The notes beneath the pieces are model-generated. The model made no database searches and was not told the origin of the DNA. It was given only the letters and a program-made list of their open reading frames with translations. A DNA stretch of 50,668 bases, taken from assembly GCA_036149055.1 (NCBI GenBank), contig JAYZQJ010000023.1, positions 1 through 50,668 on the forward strand, written 5' to 3'. This document shows, piece after piece, positions 18,627 to 32,612 of this stretch (within the stretch, counting starts at the first letter, position 1; every line of letters starts with the position of its first letter). This stretch comes from Myxococcota bacterium. Its GTDB lineage: Bacteria; Myxococcota_A; Polyangia; Polyangiales; Sandaracinaceae. A program made the translations under genes and the position numbers.

Positions 18627-20552
18627 ATGAAACCACCCGACTTGGCGCTGACCATCGCCGAGAACGCCACCCTCGGGGTGGTGATGATGGACGCGCGGCA
18701 GAAGTGCACGTACCTGAACGCGGCCGCCGAGCAGATGTTCGGGGTGTCGCTGGCGGAGATCCTCGCCAGGGACGTGCCCCTGCACGACATCATCCATCAC
18801 ACCCGGCCCGACGGGCGGCACTTCCCGATGGCGGAGTGCGCGATCGATCGCGCGCTGCCCGAGCGCGCCCGGATGCAGGGGACCGAGGTCTTCGTCCGAC
18901 CGGACGGCACCTTCTATCCGGTGGCCTACACGGCGAGCCCGATCGTCGAGGACGGCAAGCCGGTGGGGACCATCATCGAGGTCCGCGACCTCAGCGTGGA
19001 GCAGCGCACCGAGGAGGAGCTCGAGCGGGTGGAGGAGCGCTATCGCTTCCTCGCCGAGAACATCCCGGCTCACGTCTGGACGGCCGACGCGCAGGGGAAG
19101 CTCGACTTCGTCAGCGATCGCACCGCGGCCTACTTCGGCGTGGAGGCGGCGCAGCTCCTGCTCGATGGGTGGCTGAGCGTGATCCACCCGGACGACGTGG
19201 CGCGCACCGTCGAGGCCTGGACGCGCTCGCTGACGACCGGCGAGCCCTACGAGATCGAGTTCCGGCTCCGCCGCGGCGACGGCGCCTACCGCTGGCACCT
19301 CGGGCGCGCGGCCGCGCAGCGGGGCCCCGACGGCGAGGTCGTGAAGTGGTTCGGCAGCAACGCCGACATCGAGGACCGGCGCGCCGTCGAGCGGGAGCGC
19401 GACCGGGCGCTGCAGGTGGCCGAGGTCGAGCGGAGCCGCCTCCAGAACGTGCTCATGCAGGCGCCGGCCGCGGTCGCCATGTACCAGGGCCCCGAGTACG
19501 TCATCACGATGGCGAACCCGCGCTGGGAGCAGCTCACCGGGGAGACCGAGGCGCTCGGCCGCCCGTTCGACGAGGTGTTCCCGGAGGCGGTCGGCACCGA
19601 GCCGCGCGCCGCGCTCGATCACGCCCGCGCGTCCAAGGAGGCGGTGATCGGCGCCGCGGTGCCCCTGACCGACGCCGCCGGGCGGGACACCTTCTGGAAC
19701 TACGTCGTCCAGCCCATCCTCACCCCCGAGGGCGAGGTCGACGGCCTGCTGGCCCACGCGGTCGACGTGACCGATCAGGTGATCGCGCGGCGCCAGAGCG
19801 AGCAGCGCGCCGACGAGCTGGCGCGGCTCAGCGCCGAGCTCCGCCACACCAACGAGGAGCTCGACAAGTTCGCGTACGTGGCCTCACATGATCTGAAGGC
19901 GCCGCTCCGCGGCATCGCCACGCTCGCCGCGTTCATCGAGGAGGACTGCTACGACCGCCTCACCGAGGAGTCGCGCGGGCACTTCCAGCTCCTCCGCGGG
20001 CGCGTGCAGCGCATGCAGGCGCTCATCGACGGAGTGCTCGCCTACTCGAGGGCGGCCCGCAACCGCGGCGCCGAGCGTCGCGTGACCCTGGAGTCGGTGG
20101 TGAAGGAGAGCGTGGATCTGCTCGCCCCGCCGGAGGACGTGAGGCTCGAGATCGAGCCGCTGCCGCGCGTCGAGGTCGACGACGTGCCTTTCCAGCAGGT
20201 GGTCCTCAACCTGCTGTCGAACGCGGTCAAGCACGGGCGCGGCGGCACGGTCCGGGTGCGCGCCGGGCTCACCGACGCCGGCCTCCAGGTCTCGGTCATC
20301 GACGAGGGCCCGGGCATCGCGCCGCAGCACCACGCGCGCATCTGGGAGCTCTTCCAGACGCTGGAGGGCAGCGACGCCGAGAGCACCGGCGTGGGGCTGC
20401 CGGTGGTGCGCAAGATCGTCGAGAGCCGCGGCGGCCGCGCCTGGGTCGAGTCGACCGAGGGGCAGGGCGCCACCTTCCACTTCACGTGGCCGAGCGCGAG
20501 CGCTCTCGAAGGCGTCGAACGATCGTCGCCAGAGACGAGGGCTTCTCGATGA
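18627..20552 (+). CDS. Cytoplasmic multi-PAS sensor histidine kinase
   Basis: Three PAS/PAC-like units; H-box ASHDLKAPLRGI; N-box NLLSNAVKH; DEGPGI; TGVGL. Confidence 0.93.
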   Translation: MKPPDLALTIAENATLGVVMMDARQKCTYLNAAAEQMFGVSLAEILARDVPLHDIIHHTRPDGRHFPMAECAIDRALPERARMQGTEVFVRPDGTFYPVAYTASPIVEDGKPVGTIIEVRDLSVEQRTEEELERVEERYRFLAENIPAHVWTADAQGKLDFVSDRTAAYFGVEAAQLLLDGWLSVIHPDDVARTVEAWTRSLTTGEPYEIEFRLRRGDGAYRWHLGRAAAQRGPDGEVVKWFGSNADIEDRRAVERERDRALQVAEVERSRLQNVLMQAPAAVAMYQGPEYVITMANPRWEQLTGETEALGRPFDEVFPEAVGTEPRAALDHARASKEAVIGAAVPLTDAAGRDTFWNYVVQPILTPEGEVDGLLAHAVDVTDQVIARRQSEQRADELARLSAELRHTNEELDKFAYVASHDLKAPLRGIATLAAFIEEDCYDRLTEESRGHFQLLRGRVQRMQALIDGVLAYSRAARNRGAERRVTLESVVKESVDLLAPPEDVRLEIEPLPRVEVDDVPFQQVVLNLLSNAVKHGRGGTVRVRAGLTDAGLQVSVIDEGPGIAPQHHARIWELFQTLEGSDAESTGVGLPVVRKIVESRGGRAWVESTEGQGATFHFTWPSASALEGVERSSPETRASR

Positions 20553-21972
20553 CGCCCGCCACCCGGGCCGCGTCCTCGGGGTCGACGCCCTCGCCGGTGA
20601 AGAAGTAGACCGACGCGTCGGGCGCCCGCGCCTCGATCGCGTCGAGGAGCTCCAGCCCCGACGCGTCGTCGACCGAGCGATCGAGCAGGACCACGTCCGG
20701 GGGCCCGCAGCGCGCGAGCACCTCCAGGGTCTCCGCCGTCGTGGCGGCCGCCTCCACCTCGAAGCCCGCGCGCCGCAGCGCCTTCGTCACCGTGCGCAGG
20801 AGGAGATCCTCGTCGTCCACCACGAGCGCGAAGTCGCCGGTGGCCTGCTCGCCGGAGTCGGGGGGCGCCGCGGTCTCGGGGGCCTCGGGCGCGTCGGCCG
20901 CCGGCAGCATGAAGAGGAACTCCGCGCCGCCGCCCTCGCGGGGGCGGTGCCCGAGGTGGCCGCCGAGGCGCTCCGCGATCGCGGCTGACGAGGCGAGGCC
21001 GAGCCCGGTGCCGGCCGCGCCCTTCGTGGTCACGAACGGCTCGAAGAGGGTGTCGACCATCTCCTCCGGCACGCCGGGGCCGTCGTCGGAGACGAGCACC
21101 TCCACCCAACGCGCGCCGAAGTGCGTCGCCTCGCGGACCTGGAGGGTGATCCGCCCGGCGCGCGTCGCGCTCCCCATCAGCGCGTCGCGCGCGTTGTGCA
21201 GGAGGTTCTGGACGACCTGCTCGATGGCGCCCGGGGCGCAGCGGGTGCGCGCGCTCGCGGCGACGTCGACCTCCAGCCGGATCCCGGGCGGGAGGATGCG
21301 CCGCGTGAGCTCGGCGACGTGCCGGCAGGTCTCGGCGACGTCCTCCACCACCCGCACCTGCGTGGTCTCCATCTTCGTCAGCGACGCGAGCTCCCGGACG
21401 ACCCGGGCGGCGCGCTCCGTGGCCCGGATGGCGCTCGCCACGTCCTCGTGGGTCTGCGGGTCGATCCCCGGCGCGTCCTCCACCGACCCGCGGATCTCCT
21501 CGAGGAGCGAGCCGATGACCATCAGCATGTTGTTGAAGTTGTGCGAGATGCCCGCCGAGAACCGCCCGAGCGTCTCGAGCCGCTCCGCCTCCGCCAGGCG
21601 CTGCTGGAGCCGCACGTGGTCGGTGACGTCCATCGCCGCGCCGACGCCCCGGGCCCCGCCGTCGCGCAGCTCGATCTCGCCGACGATGCGGAGCCACCGG
21701 ACCTCGCCGTCGGGCCGCACGATGCGCACCGGGTCCGCGCGATAGGCGCCGCCGCCGCGCGTCCGGTCCGCGTCCTCGGTGGCGCGGGGGCGATCGTCGA
21801 CGTGCACCACCTCGCCGATCCAGGCCTCGGGCGGCACCGGCTCGTCTCGCCCGACGATGCTCTTCATGCGCGCGTCCCAGACCGTCTCGCCGGTGGCCAT
21901 GTCGAAGGCCCACCGCCCGACCTCGAAGCCCGCGAGCGCCGCCTCGGTGGCCGCGTCGCTCCAGCCGGTCAC
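20482..21972 (-). CDS. Hybrid PAS histidine kinase-receiver protein
   Basis: PAS domain; H-box AGISHNFNNML; NLLHNARDA; DDGPGV; EPFVTTK..GTGLGL; receiver VVDDED...LLD...TG...KP. Confidence 0.92.
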   Translation of the reverse strand: MTGWSDAATEAALAGFEVGRWAFDMATGETVWDARMKSIVGRDEPVPPEAWIGEVVHVDDRPRATEDADRTRGGGAYRADPVRIVRPDGEVRWLRIVGEIELRDGGARGVGAAMDVTDHVRLQQRLAEAERLETLGRFSAGISHNFNNMLMVIGSLLEEIRGSVEDAPGIDPQTHEDVASAIRATERAARVVRELASLTKMETTQVRVVEDVAETCRHVAELTRRILPPGIRLEVDVAASARTRCAPGAIEQVVQNLLHNARDALMGSATRAGRITLQVREATHFGARWVEVLVSDDGPGVPEEMVDTLFEPFVTTKGAAGTGLGLASSAAIAERLGGHLGHRPREGGGAEFLFMLPAADAPEAPETAAPPDSGEQATGDFALVVDDEDLLLRTVTKALRRAGFEVEAAATTAETLEVLARCGPPDVVLLDRSVDDASGLELLDAIEARAPDASVYFFTGEGVDPEDAARVAGVIEKPSSLATIVRRLRERSRSAT

Positions 21973-22391
21973 CGCGCCTCCTCACCGAGTCGGGCCCGCA
22001 CCCACGCGAAGGCCTCCTCGGGGGTCTTGGTCACGGTGACCGGGTGCGCCTGCCCGAGCGTCCAGAAGAGCCCCCGCACCGCGGCCCGCAGCGCCGGGCT
22101 GGTGACCACGAACGCGGTCGCCACCCAGCGCTCGCCGAAGCGCGCCACCGCCGCTTTGAGCCAGACCGCCGAGCGCCGCACGTAGCGCGCGGGGAAGGCC
22201 GTCAGCGGCCCTTGTTCGAGGACGATGCCGAAGCGCTCGGTCGCCGTCATCGCGTCCTCGAGCTCGCGCATGTAGCGCTCGAAGCCCGGGTCGGTCAGCG
22301 GCCCGACCACGCGCACGTGGAGGACCGGCGCCGACGACGCGTCGACGATGGCGTATCGTTCTTCTACACCCTCCACCGCAGGGCAAAGCAT
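21969..22391 (-). CDS. STAS/SEC14-like (SpoIIAA-like) small protein
   Basis: alpha/beta pattern ending ATAFVVTSPALRAAVRGLFW...TPEEAFAWV; GTGA coupling to the hybrid kinase. Start may be an internal GTG. Confidence 0.7.
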   Translation of the reverse strand: MLCPAVEGVEERYAIVDASSAPVLHVRVVGPLTDPGFERYMRELEDAMTATERFGIVLEQGPLTAFPARYVRRSAVWLKAAVARFGERWVATAFVVTSPALRAAVRGLFWTLGQAHPVTVTKTPEEAFAWVRARLGEEAR

Positions 22392-22440
22392 ATGTCATTC
22401 ACGCGGCGAGGCGACCCGCGTTCACGGACAGGAGCTGGCC

Positions 22441-22487
22441 GGAAAAGGGGCGGGCCGGGGACCCCCGCCAGGGTCACCGGCCCGCTC
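22441..22487 (-). terminator. Probable intrinsic terminator
   Basis: 17-bp imperfect stem (22448-22464/22471-22487) followed on the minus strand by CTTTT, about 40 bp after the stop at 22527. Confidence 0.6.
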
Positions 22488-22526
22488 GTGCTGCTCTGGA
22501 TCTCCGAGCGCGAACGCTCGACGTAA

Positions 22527-23080
22527 TCAATCTTCCATGACCGGCGTGGGCGTCGGGTCGGGGGTGGCGATCCGCGCGCGCACCGGGCTGGGCCCGTACA
22601 CGTGGATCACGGGGGTGGGGGTGGGATCCGCGCGATCCGGATCCGTGATCGGGGTGGGCGTGGGATCGCGCCGCGAGCCGTCCTCGGTGGTCTGGTGCGC
22701 GGTCGTCTGCCGGTACTGCTGGGTGACCGGCGGCTCGCGGTGGCCGTTGGGGCGGCTCGGCTGAGGGCTCGGGTCGGCGGCGGCCGGGTCCACGCGGACC
22801 TCCTGCTCGGCCATGAGGAGGCTGAGGCTGTCCACGCAGACGACCGCGCCGTCGCGATCGAGGAGGGCGCCGAGCAGGGGCTCGCCCGCGCAGCCGGCGA
22901 GGCGGAGGTAGGCGTGCGTCTCGGCGGCGGCCTCGCAGCCGGGCTCGGCCTCGGACCACGCCTCGGCGGGGATCTCGACGTCGACGCGCGACGCCTCGGC
23001 CGCCTGCTCGTGAGCGGGATCGCCCGCGCACGCCACCCCGACGAGGGCGCAGAGGATGACGGAGAGGTGGGCTCGCACGT

Positions 23081-23084
<4 letters not shown>
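22527..23084 (-). CDS. Small putative lipoprotein with C-terminal DPTPTP repeats (paralog B)
   Basis: GTG overlaps the activator stop (GTGA). Hydrophobic signal ending GVAC; core GCE...[23 protein letters not shown]; one DPSPQP and three DPTPTP[IV]. Confidence 0.8.
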
Positions 23085-26629
<3,545 letters not shown>

Positions 26630-26642
26630 GGGTTGGGGGTAT

Positions 26643-26658
26643 TGCGAAGACCGTGCCT
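26643..26658 (-). promoter_or_regulatory. Sigma54 (-24/-12) promoter upstream of the activator gene
   Basis: Minus strand reads AGGCACGGTCTTCGCA = GG-N10-GC. The predicted TSS near 26632 is adjacent to GTG 26629. Confidence 0.65.
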
Positions 26659-26751
26659 GCTGTTTCCGGTCGTATTTCAGGGGTGATGCGGGACGAAACT
26701 GCGCGATCGTGCGATCGGTGACGGTGCACCCGGCCTCGGCTGTGAGCCTTC

Positions 26752-27129
26752 TTACGGGCGGGTCGGGAGCGTGATCGGCGTGGGCGTCGGGTCGGGCTCC
26801 ACGCCGAGCCCGGTGGGCAACAGCGGGGTGGGCGTCGGATCGTGACGGGGGCCGTGCACGTACTGACGACGCTCGGCGGCCTCGCGGCGGAGCAGGCCGA
26901 GGCTGTCGACGCAGAGCAGCGCGCCCCGCGGATCGACCAGCACCCCGAGCCCCGGCTCCGGCGTGGCCCGGACCTCTCCTTCGAGGTCCTCGCAGCCCGC
27001 GGGGAGCAGGGCGAGCCGGGCGCGATCCAGATCCACGGACTCGAGCTCGGCTTCGAGGGGCGCGGCGCTGGACGCGACGTCCGCGGCGCAGCCGGCCGAG
27101 AGGAGCAGGAGGAGGGGGATCAGACGCAT
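26752..27129 (-). CDS. Small putative lipoprotein with C-terminal DPTPTP repeats (paralog A)
   Basis: [14 protein letters not shown] lipoprotein signal; core GCE...[23 protein letters not shown]; two DPTPTP[LI]. Confidence 0.82.
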   Translation of the reverse strand: MRLIPLLLLLSAGCAADVASSAAPLEAELESVDLDRARLALLPAGCEDLEGEVRATPEPGLGVLVDPRGALLCVDSLGLLRREAAERRQYVHGPRHDPTPTPLLPTGLGVEPDPTPTPITLPTRP

Positions 27130-27154
27130 GAAACGGCTCGCGTTGGGTGACCGC

Positions 27155-27180
27155 CCCGGCGGAGGCGGACCTCCGCCGGG
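27155..27180. other. Perfect 11-bp GC hairpin (intergenic; possible terminator or mRNA-stability element)
   Basis: CCCGGCGGAGG-CGGA-CCTCCGCCGGG; no U-tract. Confidence 0.6.
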
Positions 27181-27222
27181 ACGATCGGGTGGTGTGTGTG
27201 TGTGGAGGATGAAGAAGAGAGA

Positions 27223-28626
27223 TCAGAACGCGGCGCTGCCGCCGCGACGGGCGAGGCCCTGCCGCCGGCGCTGCCGCTCCTCGGGCGTGAGCCCGTCGTC
27301 CTCGCCGCCAGCCACGATCTCTCCGTAGAGCGCGTCGAGGCCGATGGTCGTGGTCAGGTAGAACTGCGTGTCGGGGTTGAACGGGCTCCGCACGGAGCCG
27401 TCCGGGTTGTAGAGCGGCGCGAGGATGCCGCTGTTCTGCACGCCCACCGCCACGTTCAGCCACGGGAGCACGTCGTACGCGACCGCGAGGTTGAAGTAGG
27501 TGAAGGGGCGCCAGTGGGTGTCGCTCTCGTCGCGCACGGTCACGTTGCCGCCGTTGACCGGGACGGCCTCGTCGGCGAGCTCGTGGCCGTAAGCCGCGAA
27601 GTAGAACGCGCTGCCGAGCACCGTGAGCCCCGAGACCGGAGCCACGGTGAACGTGAGGCCGGCGATCAGGATGTCACGCGCGGTCGACGCGGTGGGGAGC
27701 GCGGTGCAGCTCGGCGGCGCGCCGAGCTCCGCCTGGCTGCACTGCCCGGCGTAGGGCGTCCCCGTCTCGACGTGGCCGCGCGTCGCGAACCAGCGCCGGT
27801 AGGAGACGGTCCCGGCCACGGTGAAGCCGGCGAGCTCGGGGAACGGGCGCGCGACGGTGAGGCCGGCGCCCAGCTGGATGATGCGGCCCGCCGCCTGGCT
27901 GGCCTTGCTGGTCGGGAACGCCAGCCGGGCCTGCCCCTGGAAGACGAAGCCCTCCAGAGCGTAGAGCTGACGCAGGTCCAGCAAGGTGTCCTGCAGGAGC
28001 GGCTCGCGGTTGTACGTGCCGTCGTTCGTGTCCGTGACCTCGAGCGACGCGGCCTGGTTGAGCCAGAGGAACGTCGTGTCGGTCAGGTAGAACCGGGGCG
28101 TGAAGCTCAGGTTCATCACCCACGTCGGGTCGTAGCTCTGCTGTGCGCCCGGGGCGAGGGTGTTGAACGTGACGCCGTTCGTGTAGCTGAGGAACGAGTT
28201 CGCGAAGGTGAACTGCGGGCCGCGGCGGGCCTGCTCCTCCGGGGTCGTGTCCTCGGCGACCTCCTCCGGGATCTCCTCCTCGGCCGTCTCCGGCGCGGGG
28301 GTGGCGATCTCGGGCTCGGGATCCACGGAGCTCGGGGGCTCGATGGGGGCGGGCTCTTCTTCGGGCTCCTCGAGCGCCGGGTCCGAGTTCGAAGCCGGGT
28401 CCGAGTCCGAAGCCGGGTCCGAGTCCGAAGTCGAGTCCGGGTCCGAGTCCGAGTCCGGGTCCGGGTCCGAGTCCGAAGCCTGGGCCGGGTCCGACGCCGG
28501 GGGCGTCTCGGGCGCGTCCTCGCTCTGGGCGAGGGCCGGGCCCGGGATCGCCAGCAGCAGGGCTGCCAGGATCCCGAGCGCCGCGCGCCAGGGGGTGAGG
28601 GTGGGGTGCGTCATGGACGTGCTCAC
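27223..28626 (-). CDS. Putative outer-membrane beta-barrel protein with acidic S/D/P/E-rich N-terminal linker
   Basis: Signal peptide ending ALA-Q; SDSDPD repeats; alternating aromatic/polar beta-strand pattern; C-terminal Phe; GTGA coupling to the upstream protease (alternative ATG 28614). Confidence 0.7.
   Translation of the reverse strand: MSTSMTHPTLTPWRAALGILAALLLAIPGPALAQSEDAPETPPASDPAQASDSDPDPDSDSDPDSTSDSDPASDSDPASNSDPALEEPEEEPAPIEPPSSVDPEPEIATPAPETAEEEIPEEVAEDTTPEEQARRGPQFTFANSFLSYTNGVTFNTLAPGAQQSYDPTWVMNLSFTPRFYLTDTTFLWLNQAASLEVTDTNDGTYNREPLLQDTLLDLRQLYALEGFVFQGQARLAFPTSKASQAAGRIIQLGAGLTVARPFPELAGFTVAGTVSYRRWFATRGHVETGTPYAGQCSQAELGAPPSCTALPTASTARDILIAGLTFTVAPVSGLTVLGSAFYFAAYGHELADEAVPVNGGNVTVRDESDTHWRPFTYFNLAVAYDVLPWLNVAVGVQNSGILAPLYNPDGSVRSPFNPDTQFYLTTTIGLDALYGEIVAGGEDDGLTPEERQRRRQGLARRGGSAAF
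28376..28478. repeat. In-frame GAGTCC/GGGTCC hexamer array encoding SD/PD repeats
   Basis: Hexamer and 18-bp periodicity visible in the sequence. Confidence 0.85.
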
Positions 28627-31600
28627 GGCTGGGCGCCGAAGCCGAGGTGCCAGGTCAGCATCCGCACGAGGTCGAGGTTGTCCACGAAGCTGTCCAGCTC
28701 GCGGGCCGCCGGCTCGTCACCGAGGCGCGCGCGATCCTGGAGGACGGTCGCGCGCTGCAGGAGCTGCGCGCCCACGCCGTGCTCGACCTCGCCGTCGTGG
28801 TAGCTGACGGCCACGTAGGTCAGACCGCTCGTCTCGTCGGTGAACTCCACCAGCGGCAGCGACGGGTCGACCGTGACCTCCTCCGCGCCGCCGCGCACCC
28901 AGACGCGCGAGCGGTTGAGGAACTGCTGGTCGTAGGTCTGCGGGATGAGGGCCATGCCGTAGACCGCCGCGTAGAGCTGGATGGAGAACGACGCGTTCGG
29001 GTCGATCGGGTCGCCGGGCATGTCGCCCTGCTCGACCTGAAGGGCGTCGGGGAAGACCAGCGTGCCGCTCTGGACGCGCGGGGCCATCGTCTGCCAGTCC
29101 TCGGAGAGCACGCCGCCGAAGAAGCGCGTCATCGAGGGCCCGAACGAGCTCGCGAAGTTGATCTGGTAGCGCCGGATGTCGGAGTCCGTGTCGCGACCGA
29201 TGAAGTAGGTCGTCGGATCCGTCAGCACCATGAGCGCCAGGACCTTGTCGTAGAAGTAGCCGACCCGCTCGAGCTGATCGAACCAGTAGTAGCCGGCGTC
29301 GAAGTCCCAGGTCGTCTCGAGCGAGCGGCCGTCGAAGCCGTCGATCCGCACGTCGCTGCCCCCGCTCATCATCGCGCGGGTGCCGTCGGGGCGGGTGCTC
29401 ATCGAGTAGGAGCCGGGCTCCGGGGTGGTGATGACGCGCATGAGCGTCTGGTACGAGGCGCCCACCGCCGCGGTGAACGGGCCGAAGCCGCGCTCGTTGG
29501 TCCAGAACTCCTCCGCGCCGGGCAGGTCACCGAAGACGTCGTCGACGATGCCGCGCCAGAGCACGTAGGACTGGTTCGCGCGCTGCAGCTTGTTGAAGTA
29601 GCGGCCGTGGATCCGGTTGGCGGTCGAGCTGACGTTGAAGCCGATGCGGCCGCGCCGGAAGTTGTTGAAGATGTAGTAGTTCCAGTAGCTGTCGATGACG
29701 CTCTGGACGCTCTCGTAGTGGTCCGCGCCGGCGTCGTAGCGGTAGCAGCCGGGGCTCAGGTCGGCCTGCTCGTCGGAGCAGAACTCGTAGGGCACCACCA
29801 CCCGACCCTCGGCGTCGTGCGAGGCGTAGTCGATGCCGCTGCGGGCGAGGATGCCGCCGGGGCGGAGGGTGTCGTAGTCGACGTCCGCGCGGGACTGCAG
29901 GCCCTCGTGACCGCCCGCGAGGCCGAGGTACTCGGTGTACGGGTAGGCGGAGAGCTCGCGGCCGAAGCCGGTGTCGAGGGTGATCGGCATGGGCCAGCCG
30001 GCGTTCAGGATGAAGGCCAGCCAGGCCATCTCGTCGGTGTCGGGCACCGCGGTGAAGACCTCGACGAGGTCGCCGTAGCCCATCTTGATGGCCGCGTGGT
30101 CGTAGTGACCGAGGCCGTGCGCGTCCGAGACGAGGAAGTTGTGGCCGTAGTCCATGACCGTCGAGTACGCGTACTCGTTGATCCGGCCGTCGACCTCGGC
30201 GTTGGTCAGCGGGTCCCAGTTGCGCGGGCGCATGTTGCCGTCGTCGCGCAGGGTCCAGTACTGCGGGTGGTAGTTCATCGCGTCCGCCGAGCCGCTGAAG
30301 TTGTGGCGGAGGCCGACGGTGTGACCCACCTCGTGCAGCGCGAGGCCGCTGAGGACGGGGTGGCGCAGCATGTTCTCGACCTTGTCGTAGTCGATGCCGC
30401 CGCCCGGCGCGCTGACGTCGTACTCGACGCCGGCCCAGACGATCGGCTCACCGGCGGCGGCGGACCGCTGCACGGCGCGCGCGAGGCCGAGGAGGCCCTC
30501 GTCGGCGAACTCGCCCCAGTCGATGCCGGCGCCGAGCTGCAGCTGGGCGCGGGCGCGCTCGAGGGCGGCGCGCTGCGAGAGGCTCATGCCGCGGAGCGGC
30601 GAGGAGGCCTCGAGGACCGACTCGTCGACCGGCATGTCGGGGTCGATGCCGGCCATCATGCGCGCGTCGCGCGTGGTCAGCATCTGCTCGATCGGGGTGC
30701 CGACGAGGCGGTCGAGCGCGGCCTGGCCGTCGCCGTCACGCCCGAAGGCCTCGGCCCGGTGCAGGCGCTCGCGCGCGTCGGCCACCGCGGCGAGGGTCTC
30801 GGCCGGGTTCCGCGGCGTGGCGTGCCCGTGGGCGTGGCCGCCGTGGATCCAGTCGAAGTCCATCGCGGCGTCGATGCGCTCGATGTCGGTCGGCTGCAGG
30901 TCGACGATGCCCTCGGCGCCGTCGCCGCGGCCGGTGCCGGCGGTCATGTTCTGGAACCACGCCTCGACCGGCACGCCGCTCGCGATCTCGTCCTCGGTCA
31001 GGTCGCCGTTGAGCAGGCGGAGGATGTCGCGGCCCTGCGCGGCGAGCGACTCGACGCCCGCGCCGTAGAGGAACGCGGTGCCGGCGATGATCTCACCGGT
31101 GATCGGGTCGGCCGCGCTCGGGCCGTAGCCCAGGGGGCTGGCGCGGTGCGGCTCGTTGACCCAGCCGATGAGCGAGTAGCGGAGGTCGCCGATGCGGGCG
31201 ACGGTGCCCTCGGGGCCGCAGGCCTCCGGCGCGCCGGCCGGGACCGGGCTCGGGCAGACCACGTACATCTCCGCGTGGTCCTCGCGGGTGCGCTCGGCCG
31301 CGCAGTCCGCGCCGCCGGTCGCGTTGCACTCGTTCTCGCGGAGCGAGGCGACGGTGCCGGTGAAGGTGGCGTTCCACTCCGCCTCGAGCTGCTCCATCTC
31401 GGGCATGAGGTCGGCGGGGAAGTTCTCCGAGAGGTGGTAGACGACCGGCTGCGTCTCGCGGTCGCGGTACGGGATGGTGCAGGCGCCCTCGATCTCGCGC
31501 GCGTCGGTCAGGCGGCGCTCCGCCCGGCCGAGGTCGAGGTCACAGTAGGAGCCGCGGCCGTCGTCGCACTGCGCGTCGGTGGTGCAGCGGACCAGCTCGC

Positions 31601-32555
31601 CCGCCTCGTCGCGCTTGTGGCTGTCGACCCAGAGGTTGTGCCGGTTGATGAAGCGGTAGCGCGCCGGCTCGACGAGGCCGTAGGAGCGGTCGTAGCCCGG
31701 GCGCTCGGTGATGAAGTAGCCGAAGCGGTCCATGCGGTCGCCGCTGTAGACGGTCGGCTCGTAGTCGTGACCGGGGTCGACGCGCACGAAGCTGTTCCGG
31801 ACGGTGATCTCGCTCGACGCGCAGTCGGCGGGGTAGCCGTCGAAGATCTGGAACAGGAAGCAGCTCGGCAGCGGGCCGAGGCCGGGGATGTTCGTGGTGG
31901 TCGGCCGCACGAACATCTTGTTCGTGACCTCCATGTACGCGAAGCCCGGCTCCTCCTCGTCCTCGCTGATCCGCTCGAAGCGCGGGGCGTTGGCGGGGTC
32001 GTCGTTCTCCTGCACGTGCCAGGAGACCGGCTCCATCTCCAGCCCGTTGAAGTAGCGGGCCAGCATCAGGAAGTTCGGGTTCGACACGAGGTTCTGCGAC
32101 CAGTCGACGCGCATGAACTCGCGCTCGTGCCACGGCCGGTCCGTCGTGTTCTCCACGATGACGTTGAACTCTTCGCCGGTGACGGTGTTGTACTCGCGGC
32201 GAATGTCGAAGTGGCTCTCGATCGCGTACATCGCGACCGGGGCGCCGGCGGTGTCCGTGGTGCCGTTGATGCCCTCGGGGTCCGCTCCGGCGACCGACTC
32301 GTAGGCGCGGCGCGCGACGAGGAAGTCCTCCTGGATCTCCCACGTGATGCGCTCGAGCTCGCCCGACTCACCGACGAAGGTGAAGTCCGTCGTGTAAGGC
32401 GTGTCGACGACCGTCTGCAGGAAATAGAACTCGGCCTCCCGCAGGTCTGCCTTGCGGGTGACGTTCGGCTGCACGCGGTTCACGGCCTCCTGGGCCTCCA
32501 CGCAGCCGACCATCAGGGCCAGCGCCGTCATCCAAAGCCACGCTCGGTTTCTCAT
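28623..32555 (-). CDS. Large lipoprotein zinc-dependent metalloprotease (metzincin; EcxA/DUF4953-like myxobacterial type)
   Basis: GGAGG RBS; lipobox MVGC; HEVGHTVGLRHNF (HExxHxxGxxH) and Met-turn STVMDY; PLGYGPS..DPITGEII. Confidence 0.9.
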   Translation of the reverse strand: MRNRAWLWMTALALMVGCVEAQEAVNRVQPNVTRKADLREAEFYFLQTVVDTPYTTDFTFVGESGELERITWEIQEDFLVARRAYESVAGADPEGINGTTDTAGAPVAMYAIESHFDIRREYNTVTGEEFNVIVENTTDRPWHEREFMRVDWSQNLVSNPNFLMLARYFNGLEMEPVSWHVQENDDPANAPRFERISEDEEEPGFAYMEVTNKMFVRPTTTNIPGLGPLPSCFLFQIFDGYPADCASSEITVRNSFVRVDPGHDYEPTVYSGDRMDRFGYFITERPGYDRSYGLVEPARYRFINRHNLWVDSHKRDEAGELVRCTTDAQCDDGRGSYCDLDLGRAERRLTDAREIEGACTIPYRDRETQPVVYHLSENFPADLMPEMEQLEAEWNATFTGTVASLRENECNATGGADCAAERTREDHAEMYVVCPSPVPAGAPEACGPEGTVARIGDLRYSLIGWVNEPHRASPLGYGPSAADPITGEIIAGTAFLYGAGVESLAAQGRDILRLLNGDLTEDEIASGVPVEAWFQNMTAGTGRGDGAEGIVDLQPTDIERIDAAMDFDWIHGGHAHGHATPRNPAETLAAVADARERLHRAEAFGRDGDGQAALDRLVGTPIEQMLTTRDARMMAGIDPDMPVDESVLEASSPLRGMSLSQRAALERARAQLQLGAGIDWGEFADEGLLGLARAVQRSAAAGEPIVWAGVEYDVSAPGGGIDYDKVENMLRHPVLSGLALHEVGHTVGLRHNFSGSADAMNYHPQYWTLRDDGNMRPRNWDPLTNAEVDGRINEYAYSTVMDYGHNFLVSDAHGLGHYDHAAIKMGYGDLVEVFTAVPDTDEMAWLAFILNAGWPMPITLDTGFGRELSAYPYTEYLGLAGGHEGLQSRADVDYDTLRPGGILARSGIDYASHDAEGRVVVPYEFCSDEQADLSPGCYRYDAGADHYESVQSVIDSYWNYYIFNNFRRGRIGFNVSSTANRIHGRYFNKLQRANQSYVLWRGIVDDVFGDLPGAEEFWTNERGFGPFTAAVGASYQTLMRVITTPEPGSYSMSTRPDGTRAMMSGGSDVRIDGFDGRSLETTWDFDAGYYWFDQLERVGYFYDKVLALMVLTDPTTYFIGRDTDSDIRRYQINFASSFGPSMTRFFGGVLSEDWQTMAPRVQSGTLVFPDALQVEQGDMPGDPIDPNASFSIQLYAAVYGMALIPQTYDQQFLNRSRVWVRGGAEEVTVDPSLPLVEFTDETSGLTYVAVSYHDGEVEHGVGAQLLQRATVLQDRARLGDEPAARELDSFVDNLDLVRMLTWHLGFGAQP

Positions 32556-32612
32556 CATTCCTCCAACCAGGGTCTTCGGGCGCTTCGTTCGCGCCGCGAC
32601 CAGAGGCTCTGG

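Noticed and set aside
27192..27204. GT dinucleotide microsatellite as a phase-variation switch
   Set aside because: Short and intergenic, with no evidence it lies within a promoter.
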